Shown in pieces: positions 1 to 9,834 of a stretch of DNA of 32,000 nucleotides. Below the pieces are notes generated by a model, which was not told the DNA's origin, did no database searches, and worked only from the letters and a program-made list of their open reading frames with translations. The stretch is from Candidatus Iainarchaeum sp. (lineage in GTDB: Archaea; Iainarchaeota; Iainarchaeia; Iainarchaeales; 0-14-0-20-34-12). The translations under genes were made by a program, and so were the position numbers. Positions within the stretch are counted from its first letter, which is position 1. Each line of letters begins with the position of its first letter. The stretch spans positions 1 through 32,000 of the forward strand of contig JAUSKK010000018.1 in the NCBI GenBank assembly GCA_030649345.1, read 5' to 3'.

Positions 1-2
1 CG

Positions 3-473
3 GAAGCTTTACTTTGGGAATATGAAAATAATCAGAATGCAAAAATACGAATTGCACGAATCTTTAATACGTACGGCCCTAAATTGGATCCCTTGGATGG
101 CCGAGTAGTTCCAACGCAGCTGGAACAAGCTTTGAATAATAAACCCATTACTGTTTTTGGAACTGGGTTGCAGACCCGGTCTTTTTGTTATGTAAGTGAC
201 TTAGTTCGCGGACTGCATTTGTTAATGAATTCCAATTATTCAAAGCCAGTAAATCTAGGAAATCCAAACGAAACAACCATCGTGGAGTTAGCTAAATTAA
301 TAAAAGATTTGACTCATTCCAATTCAAAAATTGTGTTTACTGCACTGCCGGATGATGATCCGCAAAAAAGACTGCCGGATATTTCGACTGCGAAAAAAGA
401 ATTAAACTGGAGTTCAGTAGTTCATCTAAAAGCAGGTTTGGAAAAAACAATCTCTTGGTTTAAAAGAAATTAA
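3..473 (+). CDS. UDP-glucuronate decarboxylase-like extended SDR (UXS type), C-terminal part; the 5' end lies upstream of the window
   Basis: The frame is open from the window edge (EALLWEYENNQNAKIRIARIFNTYGPKLDPLDGRVV...), so the TTG at 84 in the ORF track is internal. RIARIFNTYGP, DGRVV, QTRSFCYVSDLV, NLGNPNE and DDPQKRLPDIS are hallmark C-terminal motifs of UDP-xylose synthase family enzymes. Confidence 0.85.
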   Translation, partial: EALLWEYENNQNAKIRIARIFNTYGPKLDPLDGRVVPTQLEQALNNKPITVFGTGLQTRSFCYVSDLVRGLHLLMNSNYSKPVNLGNPNETTIVELAKLIKDLTHSNSKIVFTALPDDDPQKRLPDISTAKKELNWSSVVHLKAGLEKTISWFKRN

Positions 474-558
474 TTTTTATTTTTAAAAATTCAGTTATTT
501 TAATTTTTTTGGAGTCATGTAATAAACGAATGTGAAGTAATTGTTTTCAATTTTGCGT

Positions 559-2151
559 TTATTCTTTTTGGTATACTTTGAATTTTTTGAATTCAAAAAC
601 CAAAGGGTATGGCATATTTAAATCTATAAAGTCTGTGTTAACCGCAATATACCGAACGGAAATAGTGTTAATACATTCAATGCATTGTTCTTCAACGATT
701 TTTTTCCAAGTTTCTTCTTCTTCGTTGATCTGCTCGTACGCTAGACTGCTTTGATTTTGATGAACTCCGTAAGGCAAATACCATTTGGATTTGATGTTGT
801 ACGGTATTTTGTTAGCCAACTCTGCAATTTTGGCATTGGATTGGCTAAGGATTAATGCTTTTTCTAAATAAGGGTCAAATGTTTTGAATGCAAAAGCAAA
901 TTCTGCTTCTTCTGGAGTTATTCTCGGGCCGTTTCTTAAATGGGTTAAGGTTGTAGATGTAAAAAATAAAATAAGTCCTAGAAACAAAATTAACAATACG
1001 AGCGGCTTAAAAAATTGAGTTTGAAGTTTGGGTATGTGAATGAAAACACTCAGGGTTACGAAAACAGCGCTGAAAAATACAAATTCAATTAAACGTCCTG
1101 CAAGCAATGAAGTGCTTCCGCTATTTATTAATCCAAGAATTACAAATAATAAAAGAGATGATATAAAACAAGTAATCCAAAAAAGAATTTCTTGCGAATA
1201 TTTTTTTGTTTTAACAACCCACACGCATGTAAGTACTGCTGTTAGAAAACTTAAGCCAACCCAAGGCGGAATGGCTGCTAAATAAGCAGGTATATTGGCG
1301 GTGTTGCTGGTTAAAGCTGCTGAACTAAGTGTATTTTCAATCAATGGTTTGTAACTTATAAAAAATGCAGGTAAGGCAAATAAACTTGCTGGTATTACTT
1401 TTAAAATTCCAGCTCTGGTGTGTTTGAAAAAAATTGCTGCCAATACAATAAAGAGAATGGTGTACGCCGCAGGGCCTGGGTGTGCTAAAAAAATAGCTGG
1501 AAAAAATAACCCCGCCAGCCAATGTTGTTCAAAGAAAAAGAACACAAAACTTAGAAAGAAAACAGTAGCCATCATGAAAGGAAACTGGCCCCAATACATA
1601 TTTTGATAAACTATTTTTGAAACTGAAAATAATGCAATTCCAATTAAGCCGGCTTTTTCTGAATCAAACATTTTTTTGCCAATAAAATAAACAAATATTG
1701 CCTGCAAAAATGCAAATACAAGTCCCAAAAACCAAGTAATTCCGTAAGCTGGAATGGTTGGAATAAAATCAATAAATATTTTTGCAATCAATGGAAATCC
1801 GAGTTCGTATGTAAATGGCAAGTTTGAATATGGGGCGTAGGTTGCAGGAATTTTTTCCTGGATGGTTAAACTTACGATGCTTGCTGCTGGATCGGCGCTG
1901 GCATCGTAAAATGGGTGAATAATTAGAAACGGATGTCCTGCTAAAATCAAAGTTAAAATTGCAAAAAGAAACGCGTTTTTAGATGGATTTTCAGGAAGTT
2001 TAATTTTGGAAAGAACCAGAAGGGTGAATCCAAAACTGATAACAAATATAAAAACAGAGTTTCTCCAGATTAACCCCAGCCAAGCCGACGCAAGACTGGC
2101 ACTAGCTAAAAAGATTGCAATTCCAAAAATAAGTTTAGTTAGGTGATTCAT
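559..2151 (-). CDS. Polytopic integral membrane protein with a hydrophilic C-terminal domain; candidate GT-C-fold glycosyltransferase or glycan polymerase
   Basis: 530-aa ORF with many hydrophobic segments by eye and a hydrophilic tail of roughly 110 aa. It is co-oriented with, and 9 nt downstream of, a DPM1-like GT2. I recognised no named catalytic motif (no WWDYG). Confidence 0.6.
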   Translation of the reverse strand: MNHLTKLIFGIAIFLASASLASAWLGLIWRNSVFIFVISFGFTLLVLSKIKLPENPSKNAFLFAILTLILAGHPFLIIHPFYDASADPAASIVSLTIQEKIPATYAPYSNLPFTYELGFPLIAKIFIDFIPTIPAYGITWFLGLVFAFLQAIFVYFIGKKMFDSEKAGLIGIALFSVSKIVYQNMYWGQFPFMMATVFFLSFVFFFFEQHWLAGLFFPAIFLAHPGPAAYTILFIVLAAIFFKHTRAGILKVIPASLFALPAFFISYKPLIENTLSSAALTSNTANIPAYLAAIPPWVGLSFLTAVLTCVWVVKTKKYSQEILFWITCFISSLLLFVILGLINSGSTSLLAGRLIEFVFFSAVFVTLSVFIHIPKLQTQFFKPLVLLILFLGLILFFTSTTLTHLRNGPRITPEEAEFAFAFKTFDPYLEKALILSQSNAKIAELANKIPYNIKSKWYLPYGVHQNQSSLAYEQINEEEETWKKIVEEQCIECINTISVRYIAVNTDFIDLNMPYPLVFEFKKFKVYQKE

Positions 2152-2160
2152 GTTATCTGT

Positions 2161-2883
2161 TTATTGTTTTAATTGATTTATAATTTTTCGAAATTCCATT
2201 GTTTTTTTGATAAAATACCATGTGTCACTCATTTTTTTAACAGTACTTTTTTTGTGAGAATTCGGAATATACAATGCTGGTAATTCCTTTAACTTCAGGT
2301 TGTGAAAATATGACCGAATCAATATTTCAGTATCCCAAAACCAATGTGTTTCTTTACATTCGTTTAAAATTGGAAGAATTTTTTCTCTATTGAAAAATTT
2401 GCAGCCTGCATTGGTGTCATTGAATTTTGTTTGGAGTAAAAATTTTTGTAAACCAATGTATATTGAATGCATGATGTGTCTGTGAATATTGTGCCATTCG
2501 AATTTGGTTATCCGGTTAGCATAAGTGATTTCATAACCGTTTTCAATTGCCAATGCATGGCTTAAAATATTTTCTACCGGAACTTCTAAATCAATATCAA
2601 TGTAACCTGCAATCTTGCCCCGTGCTATTTTGAGTCCTTCCATTACAACTCCTCCGCGTCCTGCGTTTTTTGTGTGTAACCTGTACTCAATGTTTGGGTT
2701 TATTTTTGCAATTTCTTTAATTAGGTTAGGCGTGTTATCTTTACTTTGGTCATCAATTAAAATAATTTCATAATTGTACTTGGTTTTGTTTAAAAGTTGA
2801 GTAATTGTTTGCATGGAATCTTTAAAGATAGATTCTTCATTGTAGCAGGGCAAAATTAGACTTAAATCAATAATTTTTTCCAT
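2161..2883 (-). CDS. GT2 family glycosyltransferase, polyprenyl-phosphate sugar synthase (DPM1/GtrB)-like
   Basis: N-terminal LSLILPCYNEE, then IILIDDQSKDNT (the DxD-type region of GT-A folds), GRGGVVMEGL and YIDIDLEVP. The length of 240 aa is typical of this family. Confidence 0.85.
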   Translation of the reverse strand: MEKIIDLSLILPCYNEESIFKDSMQTITQLLNKTKYNYEIILIDDQSKDNTPNLIKEIAKINPNIEYRLHTKNAGRGGVVMEGLKIARGKIAGYIDIDLEVPVENILSHALAIENGYEITYANRITKFEWHNIHRHIMHSIYIGLQKFLLQTKFNDTNAGCKFFNREKILPILNECKETHWFWDTEILIRSYFHNLKLKELPALYIPNSHKKSTVKKMSDTWYFIKKTMEFRKIINQLKQ

Positions 2884-2936
2884 TTATATAGCTAAAGTTG
2901 GTACGTATTAAAAACACATTTATTGAGAATTCTGAA

Positions 2937-3917
2937 ATGGCATTTAAAAGGTATTTAATTCTTATAGGGCTTATCCTGTTTGCACTTATTTTAGGAAGTG
3001 TAAATTTAACCAGCGTTTTTTTTATATTGAAGGAAGCTAATTTTATTTTTTTATTATTTTCTTTTAGCATTCTTTTTTTTATGCTAACCATTAAAGCAAA
3101 AAAATGGCAGATTCTTTTGAATGTGTATGGCTCTTCACTTTCTTTGTTTTCTTGCTTAAAATTTTGGTGCATTGGATTTTTTTTAAGTATTTTAACTCCA
3201 GGCCGGGTGGGGGACTTTAGCAGGGCTGTGTATGTTCGAAACACAATTTCTTTGCCTACTGGTATTTTGACAGTTTTTGTAGATCGTGTAATGGATATTT
3301 TATTATTGCTTATTTGGTCTGCTTTGGCGGTGGTTTTATTTTCAGTACTGTTTGGCAAAACAATTGTTTCACTGGGCTTGCTTTTGTTTTTGCTGTTTTT
3401 GTTTATTTTCTTTCTCTGGTTTTTTTCAAACCCTGCGAATGTTAAAAAGGTATTTAAGCCTTTTTTTAATTTTTTTGTACCTGAAAATTTAAAAGAACAA
3501 ATTAAACTGAACTTTGGAACTTTTTTCCAGTCATTAGAAAAGTTAAAAATGCATAAGCGTCAATTGTTTTTTTCCTTTTGCTTAGGAGTCATTTCTTGGG
3601 TTGGGTCTATTGTATATTTTTATTTGATTGTACTTGCTTTGCATATTCCAGTTCCGTTTCATTTTGTTTTGGTTATAGTTCCTTTGATTGCTTTGAGTGA
3701 CTTGCTCCCTGTTTCTGTTTCTGGTTTGGGCACCCGTGAAGCTTTAATGATTTTTTTGTTTAGTTTTTATTCGCTTTCTCCGGAGCAAGCTATTGCAGTT
3801 TCTCTAACTTATTTGTTTATTGGCTATGTGTTTCCTGCTTTTTTGGGATTTATTTTTATGCTGCAAAATCCATTGGATTTGAAAAAACAGCTAAAGATTG
3901 AACCCATAAAGCTTTAA
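2937..3917 (+). CDS. UPF0104 / lysyl-phosphatidylglycerol-synthase-TM-like 'flippase-like' membrane protein
   Basis: Multi-pass hydrophobic protein with the family-typical LTPGRVGDFSRAVYV loop after TM3. I prefer the ATG at 2937 (MAFKRYLILIG) over the alternative start at 2898 in the ORF track. Confidence 0.75.
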   Translation: MAFKRYLILIGLILFALILGSVNLTSVFFILKEANFIFLLFSFSILFFMLTIKAKKWQILLNVYGSSLSLFSCLKFWCIGFFLSILTPGRVGDFSRAVYVRNTISLPTGILTVFVDRVMDILLLLIWSALAVVLFSVLFGKTIVSLGLLLFLLFLFIFFLWFFSNPANVKKVFKPFFNFFVPENLKEQIKLNFGTFFQSLEKLKMHKRQLFFSFCLGVISWVGSIVYFYLIVLALHIPVPFHFVLVIVPLIALSDLLPVSVSGLGTREALMIFLFSFYSLSPEQAIAVSLTYLFIGYVFPAFLGFIFMLQNPLDLKKQLKIEPIKL

Positions 3918-3939
3918 AGAAAAATAGAGTGTATTGATT

Positions 3940-4896
3940 ATGTCTAAAAAAATTGTTGTAACTGGAGGTGCTGGTTTTATCGGCTCTCATTTGGTTGAAA
4001 CATTGGTTCAAAAAAATTTTGACGTAACCGTAATTGACAATTTGTTTACTGGGAAAAAAGAAAATCTGTCTAATATTTGGGGTGAAATTAACTTTGTAAA
4101 TGGTAGTGTTTTAGACTCAGCTATTTTGACTAAAAATTTTGCAGATGCGGACTGTGTGTTTCATTTGGGCGGTGTTCGTTCAATGCTTAAATCTGTTGAA
4201 GATCCGCTTTTGTACAATCATGTGAATATTGATGGAACATTGAATGTTTTAGCTGCTGCACGAACAAAAAATGTTCGTCGTGTAATTTTTGCCAGTTCTT
4301 CTTCAATATATGGGAATCCAGTGCGCTTTCCAATTCAGGAAAATTGTTTTCCAAATCCTCGAAATCCGTATGCCTTAAGCAAGTTGGCTGCAGAATATTA
4401 TTGCAAAATGTATTTTGAATTATTTGGTTTGGAAACCATTTCTTTAAGGTATTTTAATGTTTATGGTCCGCGGCAAGATTTTTCTTCTCAGTACGGTATG
4501 GTGGTCCCAGTGTTTGTTTCCAATGTTTTGCAGAATAAAACTCCTGTTATTTGGGGTACTGGCAGTCAGTCTCGTGACTTTGTGTATGTTTCAGATATTG
4601 TTTCTGCAAATTTGAATGCCTTAACTGCTGGAAAAAAAGCAATAGGTCAATCTATTAATGTTTGTCAAGGAAAATCTGTTTCTGTAAACCAAATATTGGA
4701 AACTGTAAATCATTTGCTGCATAAAGACATTCAAGCAAAATACACTCCTGTAAAAAAAGGAGATGTACTAAAAACATTGGGAAGCCCTGCTTTAGCCAAA
4801 AGACTTTTATCTTTTTCCTGCAAAGTTTCTTTTGCAGAAGGTATGCGCAAAACTATTGCTTGGATGAAAGATCAAGAATATGAGGTTACATTATGA
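3940..4896 (+). CDS. NAD-dependent nucleotide-sugar epimerase/dehydratase (extended SDR, UDP-hexose 4-epimerase-like)
   Basis: VVTGGAGFIGSH Rossmann motif, ASSSSIYG, and YALSKLAAEYY (YxxxK catalytic motif). I prefer the ATG at 3940 over the TTG at 3934. Confidence 0.85.
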   Translation: MSKKIVVTGGAGFIGSHLVETLVQKNFDVTVIDNLFTGKKENLSNIWGEINFVNGSVLDSAILTKNFADADCVFHLGGVRSMLKSVEDPLLYNHVNIDGTLNVLAAARTKNVRRVIFASSSSIYGNPVRFPIQENCFPNPRNPYALSKLAAEYYCKMYFELFGLETISLRYFNVYGPRQDFSSQYGMVVPVFVSNVLQNKTPVIWGTGSQSRDFVYVSDIVSANLNALTAGKKAIGQSINVCQGKSVSVNQILETVNHLLHKDIQAKYTPVKKGDVLKTLGSPALAKRLLSFSCKVSFAEGMRKTIAWMKDQEYEVTL

Positions 4897-5834
4897 AATT
4901 GGTAATTACTATTCCGGCTTTTAATGAAGAGAAAACTTTGCCTAAAGTTTTATCTGAATTGCCTCAAAAAATTCAAGGGATTGATGAAATTCAGATTGTG
5001 ATTGTAGATGACGGGAGTATGGATGCAACCAGTGAAATTGCTTTAAAGAACAATACTGTTTTGGTTAGGCACACTCAGAATATGGGTTTGGCTCAGACAT
5101 TTAAGCGTGCTTTAAATGAAGCTTTGTTGTTGAATGCAGACATTATTGTGAATATTGATGCAGATGCTCAATACGATGGTGCTGAAATTCAGAAACTAAT
5201 TCAGCCAATTTTGGAAAAGAAAGCAGATATTGTTTTGGGTTCTCGTTTTTTAGGAAAAATTGAGTATATGCCTTTTGGAAATCGTTTCGGAAATCAAATT
5301 GCAACAGCTGTGGTTCGCTGGTTGACGGGTTTGAAGATTACAGATTCGCAAACTGGCTTTCGTGTTTTTTCCAGAGAAGCTGCGGCAAGAATGAATATTT
5401 TATCCAAGTATACTTATACTCAGGAAACTTTGCTGCAAGCTGCAGAATATCGGCTGGCGGTAGTTGAAGTTCCAGTTACTTTTAGAAAACGTTCTGGAAA
5501 ATCCAGATTAATTTCTAGTTTGTGGAACTATACTAGAAATGCAGGTCTGACTGTTTTGATGGGTTATATTAATTACAGGCCTTTAAGATTTTTTTTGAGC
5601 TTAGGTGCCTTGTCTATTTTAATCAGCAGTGTATTGGGTTTGCGGGTTTTGTTACACTATTTAAATACTGGTTTAGTAAGTCCTTTTTTGCCCAGTGCAT
5701 TTTTAGCCGGTGTTCTATTGGTGGTTGGTTTGCAATTGCTTTTTATTGGGTTAATTGCTGAAATGGTGAAGTTTTCCAGAAAAACAAGTGAAGATGTTTT
5801 ATATCAACTTAAAAAAAATAAGTTCAATGAATAA
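4893..5834 (+). CDS. GT2 glycosyltransferase of the GtrB/ArnC/DPM-synthase type with two C-terminal TM helices
   Basis: ITIPAFNEEKTL, IVIVDDGSMDAT, NIDADAQYD and DSQTGFRVFSREA, plus two C-terminal hydrophobic helices (FFLSLGALSILISSVLGL, FLAGVLLVVGLQLLFIGLIAEMV). The start overlaps the upstream stop (ATGA at 4893-4896). Confidence 0.85.
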   Translation: MKLVITIPAFNEEKTLPKVLSELPQKIQGIDEIQIVIVDDGSMDATSEIALKNNTVLVRHTQNMGLAQTFKRALNEALLLNADIIVNIDADAQYDGAEIQKLIQPILEKKADIVLGSRFLGKIEYMPFGNRFGNQIATAVVRWLTGLKITDSQTGFRVFSREAAARMNILSKYTYTQETLLQAAEYRLAVVEVPVTFRKRSGKSRLISSLWNYTRNAGLTVLMGYINYRPLRFFLSLGALSILISSVLGLRVLLHYLNTGLVSPFLPSAFLAGVLLVVGLQLLFIGLIAEMVKFSRKTSEDVLYQLKKNKFNE

Positions 5835-6023
5835 ATGTTATGCATTTATTTTTGTATGGCGTTTACAAATTCTTTTGATTGTTTGATTTGAACTTAGAAT
5901 TGTTTTAGTTTTTCCTGAATTGCAATATGGTGAACTACGATTGTACTATTCAAGATTGAGTTTTCATAATCCTTTATAAGCACTTGGTAATATTCATTTA
6001 AATGGTCGGTTGATTGATTTAAT

Positions 6024-7049
6024 ATGGTTGCAGATGTTAGACAAATGTTTGAAGGTAAGCGAGTATTGGTTACAGGTGGCTTGGGCAGTATTGGAAGTGA
6101 AATCGTAAAGAAGCTTGTCCAGTACGGTGTACAACGGATTACAGTTATCGATAATCGTGAAACTGAATTGCATTTTGGCCAATTGCAGAATAAAGATGAA
6201 CGTGTATTTTTCGAATTTGCAGATGTTAGAGATTTTTCTAAAATCAATGAGCTTATGAAAGCAGCTGATATTGTCTTTCATGCTGCAGCTATGAAACATG
6301 TAATTATCTGCGAACAACACCCATACGATGCTATTCAAACAAATATCATTGGGACAAAAAATATCATTGAAGCAGCCATATCAAATGACATCCAGAAAGT
6401 TATTTTGATTAGTACTGATAAGGCAGTAAATCCAACAAATGTTATGGGTGCCACAAAACTTTTGGCCGAAAAACTGATTGCTGCTCTTGTGATGGCAAAT
6501 CGCCCTAGCAAAACCGCTTTTGGTGTAGTGCGTTTTGGTAATGTTCTTAATTCACGCGGATCTGTCCTAGAAATATGGGGTCAGCAATTGGCTCGAGGCG
6601 AACCCATAACAGTTACTGATCCGGAGATGACGCGTTTTTTCATGAGTGTATCCCAATCTGTGGATCTCATTTTTTCAGCAAGCCGTTATGCAAAACAAGG
6701 AGAAACATTTGTTTTAAAGATGTCTTCTGTTAAGCTTAAAGATTTGGCTAAGGCATTCCTAAAAGCTAAGAACTTGGATCCTGAAACTGTGAAAATAGTT
6801 GGGCGCCAAAAAGGTGAGAAAATGCATGAAGAACTTATTTTGGAAACAGAGGATGATCATATTTATGAAAATAAAGAAATGTTTGTAAGTCTTCCGGCAT
6901 TCATTTCAAATGAACGCATCAGCGAACTAAAAAAGGATGGATTTCAGGAGTCCTCAATTACACAGTTTAAATCAAATAATGTCTCATTTCTTCTCAAGAG
7001 TGCAGAGATTGATGCTCTTCTCAGTGTTGAACTTGCGAAACAAAATTAA
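6024..7049 (+). CDS. CapD/PseB/FlaA1-family nucleotide-sugar 4,6-dehydratase (soluble short form)
   Basis: VLVTGGLGSIGSE, FHAAAMKHV, ISTDKAVNPTNVMGATKLLAEKL, VVRFGNVLNSRGSV and ITVTDPEMTRFFMS match the Polysacc_synt_2 family pattern. The true start could instead be the internal Met at MFEGKRVLVTGG. Confidence 0.8.
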   Translation: MVADVRQMFEGKRVLVTGGLGSIGSEIVKKLVQYGVQRITVIDNRETELHFGQLQNKDERVFFEFADVRDFSKINELMKAADIVFHAAAMKHVIICEQHPYDAIQTNIIGTKNIIEAAISNDIQKVILISTDKAVNPTNVMGATKLLAEKLIAALVMANRPSKTAFGVVRFGNVLNSRGSVLEIWGQQLARGEPITVTDPEMTRFFMSVSQSVDLIFSASRYAKQGETFVLKMSSVKLKDLAKAFLKAKNLDPETVKIVGRQKGEKMHEELILETEDDHIYENKEMFVSLPAFISNERISELKKDGFQESSITQFKSNNVSFLLKSAEIDALLSVELAKQN

Positions 7050-7212
7050 TAAACTGCATACTTTTTTTGGGATTGTCTGAAAGAAAAAGAAAGCTATATT
7101 GTTGCATGAAATTAATTCTGTAAATCAGAAAACAAAAAATAGCCAATAAATACACTAAAAATTCAATAAAATAATTACAACTTAAAAAATGAAAGGATAA
7201 TCAAAGTTCTTT

Positions 7213-8301
7213 ATGGTGCATATACGTCGAAAGAAAGTCGGAATTTTCACTTGGGATTTTGAACCTATTGAGGGTGGAATGGGCGTGCAGGCTCTTGAAC
7301 TTTACAATGCACTCCTTCATGACAGTGAATTTGAGCCGGTAGTTTTCTCTCCAAGAAAAAACTCATTGCTGAATCATTTTCAGCTGCGTAAAATTTCATC
7401 AGGAAAAGTCGGACAACTTCTTTTTTCTTTTCAATGTGCCTTTCAGCTTGAAAGCTTAATTAAAAAACATTCATTGGACATTGTTCATTTTATAGGCAGC
7501 TCTGGAGGAGTTCAGCTTTTGAAGAAACCTTCTGTGCCGTGTGTGTTTACCTTGAACAATACTTACTTTTATCTTGCTAGAAAATTTAATTCTTCGATAT
7601 TTCGGTTCATGCGTTTTTTGGAAAAGATTTCACTTAAAAATGCAGACAAAAAAACAGCAATATCTGAAGGAATAGTTTCTGAAATAAATACTGTGCAAAA
7701 TGAAGACATATCGGTTGTGTATATGGGAATTGATGCAGAGATATTCAAGCCTTTGTCAATTAAACAAGAACGAATAATTCTTTATGTTGGCAGGCTGGTC
7801 GAAAGAAAAGGTGTGTTTGATTTATTGCATGCATTTGCAAAGCTCAAAAATAATGGATTCTCTCTTTTGTTTATTGGTGACGGGTCTGCAAAACAGGAGC
7901 TTATTCAAACTGCTCAAAATCTTAGTGTGGATAAAAATGTTAAGATTATTTCCAAGATTGACAGGGCACAGCTGCCGGAGTTTTATTCCAAAGCTGCATT
8001 GGTTGTCTTGCCTTCATGGAGTGAAGGTTTTGGGCTTACAATTGCCGAGGCAATGGCTTGCGGTGCCGTTGTTTTGGGCTCGGATATTGTTGGAATCCGT
8101 GACCAAATTAATGACTCTGAAAATGGTTTTCTTTTTGAGGTACAGAATCAGGCTGATCTTGCTGAAAAAATTGATCACATACTATTACTCGGATCTGTTG
8201 CTGAAAAAATACGGAAAGCAGCAATTGAAAAAGCTGCAATATTTTCATCTCAAAAAATGCTTGCTGATTATAAGAAGCTGTATACGGGGTTGTTGAGATG
8301 A
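7213..8301 (+). CDS. GT4 (GT-B fold, group 1) glycosyltransferase
   Basis: ILYVGRLVERKG plus SEGFGLTIAEAMACGAVVLGSD (the E-x7-E region typical of GT4). Confidence 0.85.
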   Translation: MVHIRRKKVGIFTWDFEPIEGGMGVQALELYNALLHDSEFEPVVFSPRKNSLLNHFQLRKISSGKVGQLLFSFQCAFQLESLIKKHSLDIVHFIGSSGGVQLLKKPSVPCVFTLNNTYFYLARKFNSSIFRFMRFLEKISLKNADKKTAISEGIVSEINTVQNEDISVVYMGIDAEIFKPLSIKQERIILYVGRLVERKGVFDLLHAFAKLKNNGFSLLFIGDGSAKQELIQTAQNLSVDKNVKIISKIDRAQLPEFYSKAALVVLPSWSEGFGLTIAEAMACGAVVLGSDIVGIRDQINDSENGFLFEVQNQADLAEKIDHILLLGSVAEKIRKAAIEKAAIFSSQKMLADYKKLYTGLLR

Positions 8302-9251
8302 GTATTTTATTCAAAAAATCTATTGCAAGTTTTATTGCAAACGTCCTTTTTGCATTAAAAATATCTCCTTTGCTTATGCGGCAAGGCAAAATGCAAACCT
8401 TTTTGTTATACCATAACCCTGATCCAATTGTATTTGAGAAACATATTTTGTTTTTGAAAAAACATTATGTAATTACTCCTGTTTCGGAAGCCTTGTCTTT
8501 GAATTCAGTTCCAAGTAAACCTGCAGTTTCCATTACTTTTGACGATGCTTATCGAAATAATTATTTGAATATTTTTCCTCTGCTGCAAAAACACAGCATA
8601 TCCGCAATGGTTTTTGTTCCGACAGGTTTTATTGGGTCAATTTTTTTGCCAGCGGCTTTAAAAGAAGCCTTTTTGAAAACAAAGAAAAAAAATATTATAC
8701 TTTCGGGTTATGGCAAACTTGTTTTGGGTACTCCTCAAAATGCTTTTGATGCTTGGCATAAGCTAATCTGGAATATTATTCAGTTGCCTTCTGCTGAAAG
8801 AGATTTGAAAATAAGGGAAATTCTTTACTTGCTGCAAGTGTCAGAAGATTCCTGTACATCGTCCAAAGTCATGAGTGCAGAAGAACTATCTTCTCTTAAA
8901 AAAGTGATTGAGATTGGCAATCATACTGTGACACACCCAGATATGCTTAATCTTTCTTTGGAGGAAACACGTTTTGAATTAGAAGTATCTAAAAAAGAAA
9001 TTGAAAAACTAACTGGACAGTCCTGCATGCACTTTGCTTATCCTTATGGAAAAAAAGAAAATTACTCTAAACAAACTGTACTGCAAGTTGAAAAAGCAGG
9101 GTTCAAGTTTGCATTTACTGCAATTCCCATTCAAAGTGCAAAACAGAAACCGTTTGAGCTTGCTCGTATAGGTATAGGTGACAAGGATTCTGTGGCGTTA
9201 TTGTGCCTGAAACTGACTCCAGTGTGGCCGATTTTTTGGAGATTTTCGTAA
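8298..9251 (+). CDS. Polysaccharide deacetylase (CE4 / NodB homology domain)
   Basis: SITFDDAYRNNY (TFDD motif) and GNHTVTHPDM (H-x-x-x-H motif). ATGA overlap with the upstream GT4 stop. Confidence 0.8.
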   Translation: MSILFKKSIASFIANVLFALKISPLLMRQGKMQTFLLYHNPDPIVFEKHILFLKKHYVITPVSEALSLNSVPSKPAVSITFDDAYRNNYLNIFPLLQKHSISAMVFVPTGFIGSIFLPAALKEAFLKTKKKNIILSGYGKLVLGTPQNAFDAWHKLIWNIIQLPSAERDLKIREILYLLQVSEDSCTSSKVMSAEELSSLKKVIEIGNHTVTHPDMLNLSLEETRFELEVSKKEIEKLTGQSCMHFAYPYGKKENYSKQTVLQVEKAGFKFAFTAIPIQSAKQKPFELARIGIGDKDSVALLCLKLTPVWPIFWRFS

Positions 9252-9312
9252 TGTTTGTCATGTTTTATAAATTTATTGAGGTTTAAATATTAAACTATAT
9301 TTTTTTGATTTT

Positions 9313-9822
9313 ATGAAGAAATTGCATTTGTGTTGTGGTTTTGATTACAAACAAGGGTTTGTTAATGTAGATAATATTTCTGGCGGGCCGCAAGATATGA
9401 CGGCTGATTTAAACAAGAAATGGGCGTTTACAGAAAACAACTCAGTGGATTATATATTTATAAAAGATGGTCTTGAACATATGGATTCCTTGAACCATTT
9501 TTTCGAGGAATGTTCGCGTGTTCTTAGCTATGGCGGAAAAGTAGAAATTTGGGTGCCTCATTATAAGGCGCCGTGTGCTTATAGGATCACGCATAAATTC
9601 TTTTTTTCTTGGAGTATGTTTGACTGCTTTCCAGAACCGCATGATGTTATTCAAGATCTTAAGGTAGTTTCCAATAAGCTGGTTGTTGAACCGAAAGTAT
9701 TTCCATTCACTTTGATTAATCCAATTGCAAATATTTTTCCAAAATATTGGGAACGAATGTTTTATGTTGCTGGTTTAAAAGTCATTCTTGAAAAACAGAC
9801 AGTACCAAAAAATAAAAAGTGA
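9313..9822 (+). CDS. Small class I SAM-dependent methyltransferase (Methyltransf_11/23-like)
   Basis: KLHLCCGFDYKQGFVNVD (the LNLGCG-type motif I context), SVDYIFIKDGLEHM and SRVLSYGGKVEIWVP. Confidence 0.65.
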   Translation: MKKLHLCCGFDYKQGFVNVDNISGGPQDMTADLNKKWAFTENNSVDYIFIKDGLEHMDSLNHFFEECSRVLSYGGKVEIWVPHYKAPCAYRITHKFFFSWSMFDCFPEPHDVIQDLKVVSNKLVVEPKVFPFTLINPIANIFPKYWERMFYVAGLKVILEKQTVPKNKK

Positions 9823-9834
9823 GATTTGCGCAAA

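Noticed and set aside
1040-1606. Track ORFs 1040-1285 (+), 1337-1522 (-) and 1418-1606 (+)
   Set aside because: They lie inside, antisense to, or out of frame with the 530-aa membrane protein gene. They are low-complexity and Lys/Asn-rich, as expected from the reverse strand of a hydrophobic AT-rich gene.
2867-3358. 163-aa minus-strand ORF
   Set aside because: It is fully antisense to the well-supported UPF0104 gene. It has no motifs and a basic low-complexity composition.
5852-5870. Hairpin TTTGTA-N7-TACAAA followed by a T-rich tract after the GT2 stop; possible intrinsic terminator
   Set aside because: The stem is only 6 bp and almost entirely A-T, too weak to call. T-rich tracts are everywhere in this AT-rich sequence.
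5894-6338. Minus-strand ORFs 5894-6247 and 5994-6338
   Set aside because: They overlap the 5' end of the strongly supported CapD/PseB-like gene on the other strand, and they have no recognisable features.
7784-8296. 170-codon same-strand alternative-frame ORF inside the GT4 gene
   Set aside because: The length is striking for an AT-rich genome, but the product is Leu/Lys-rich frame-shift-like sequence with no motifs. The GT4 frame carries all the conserved motifs. Overlapping coding would need conservation evidence that I cannot obtain here.
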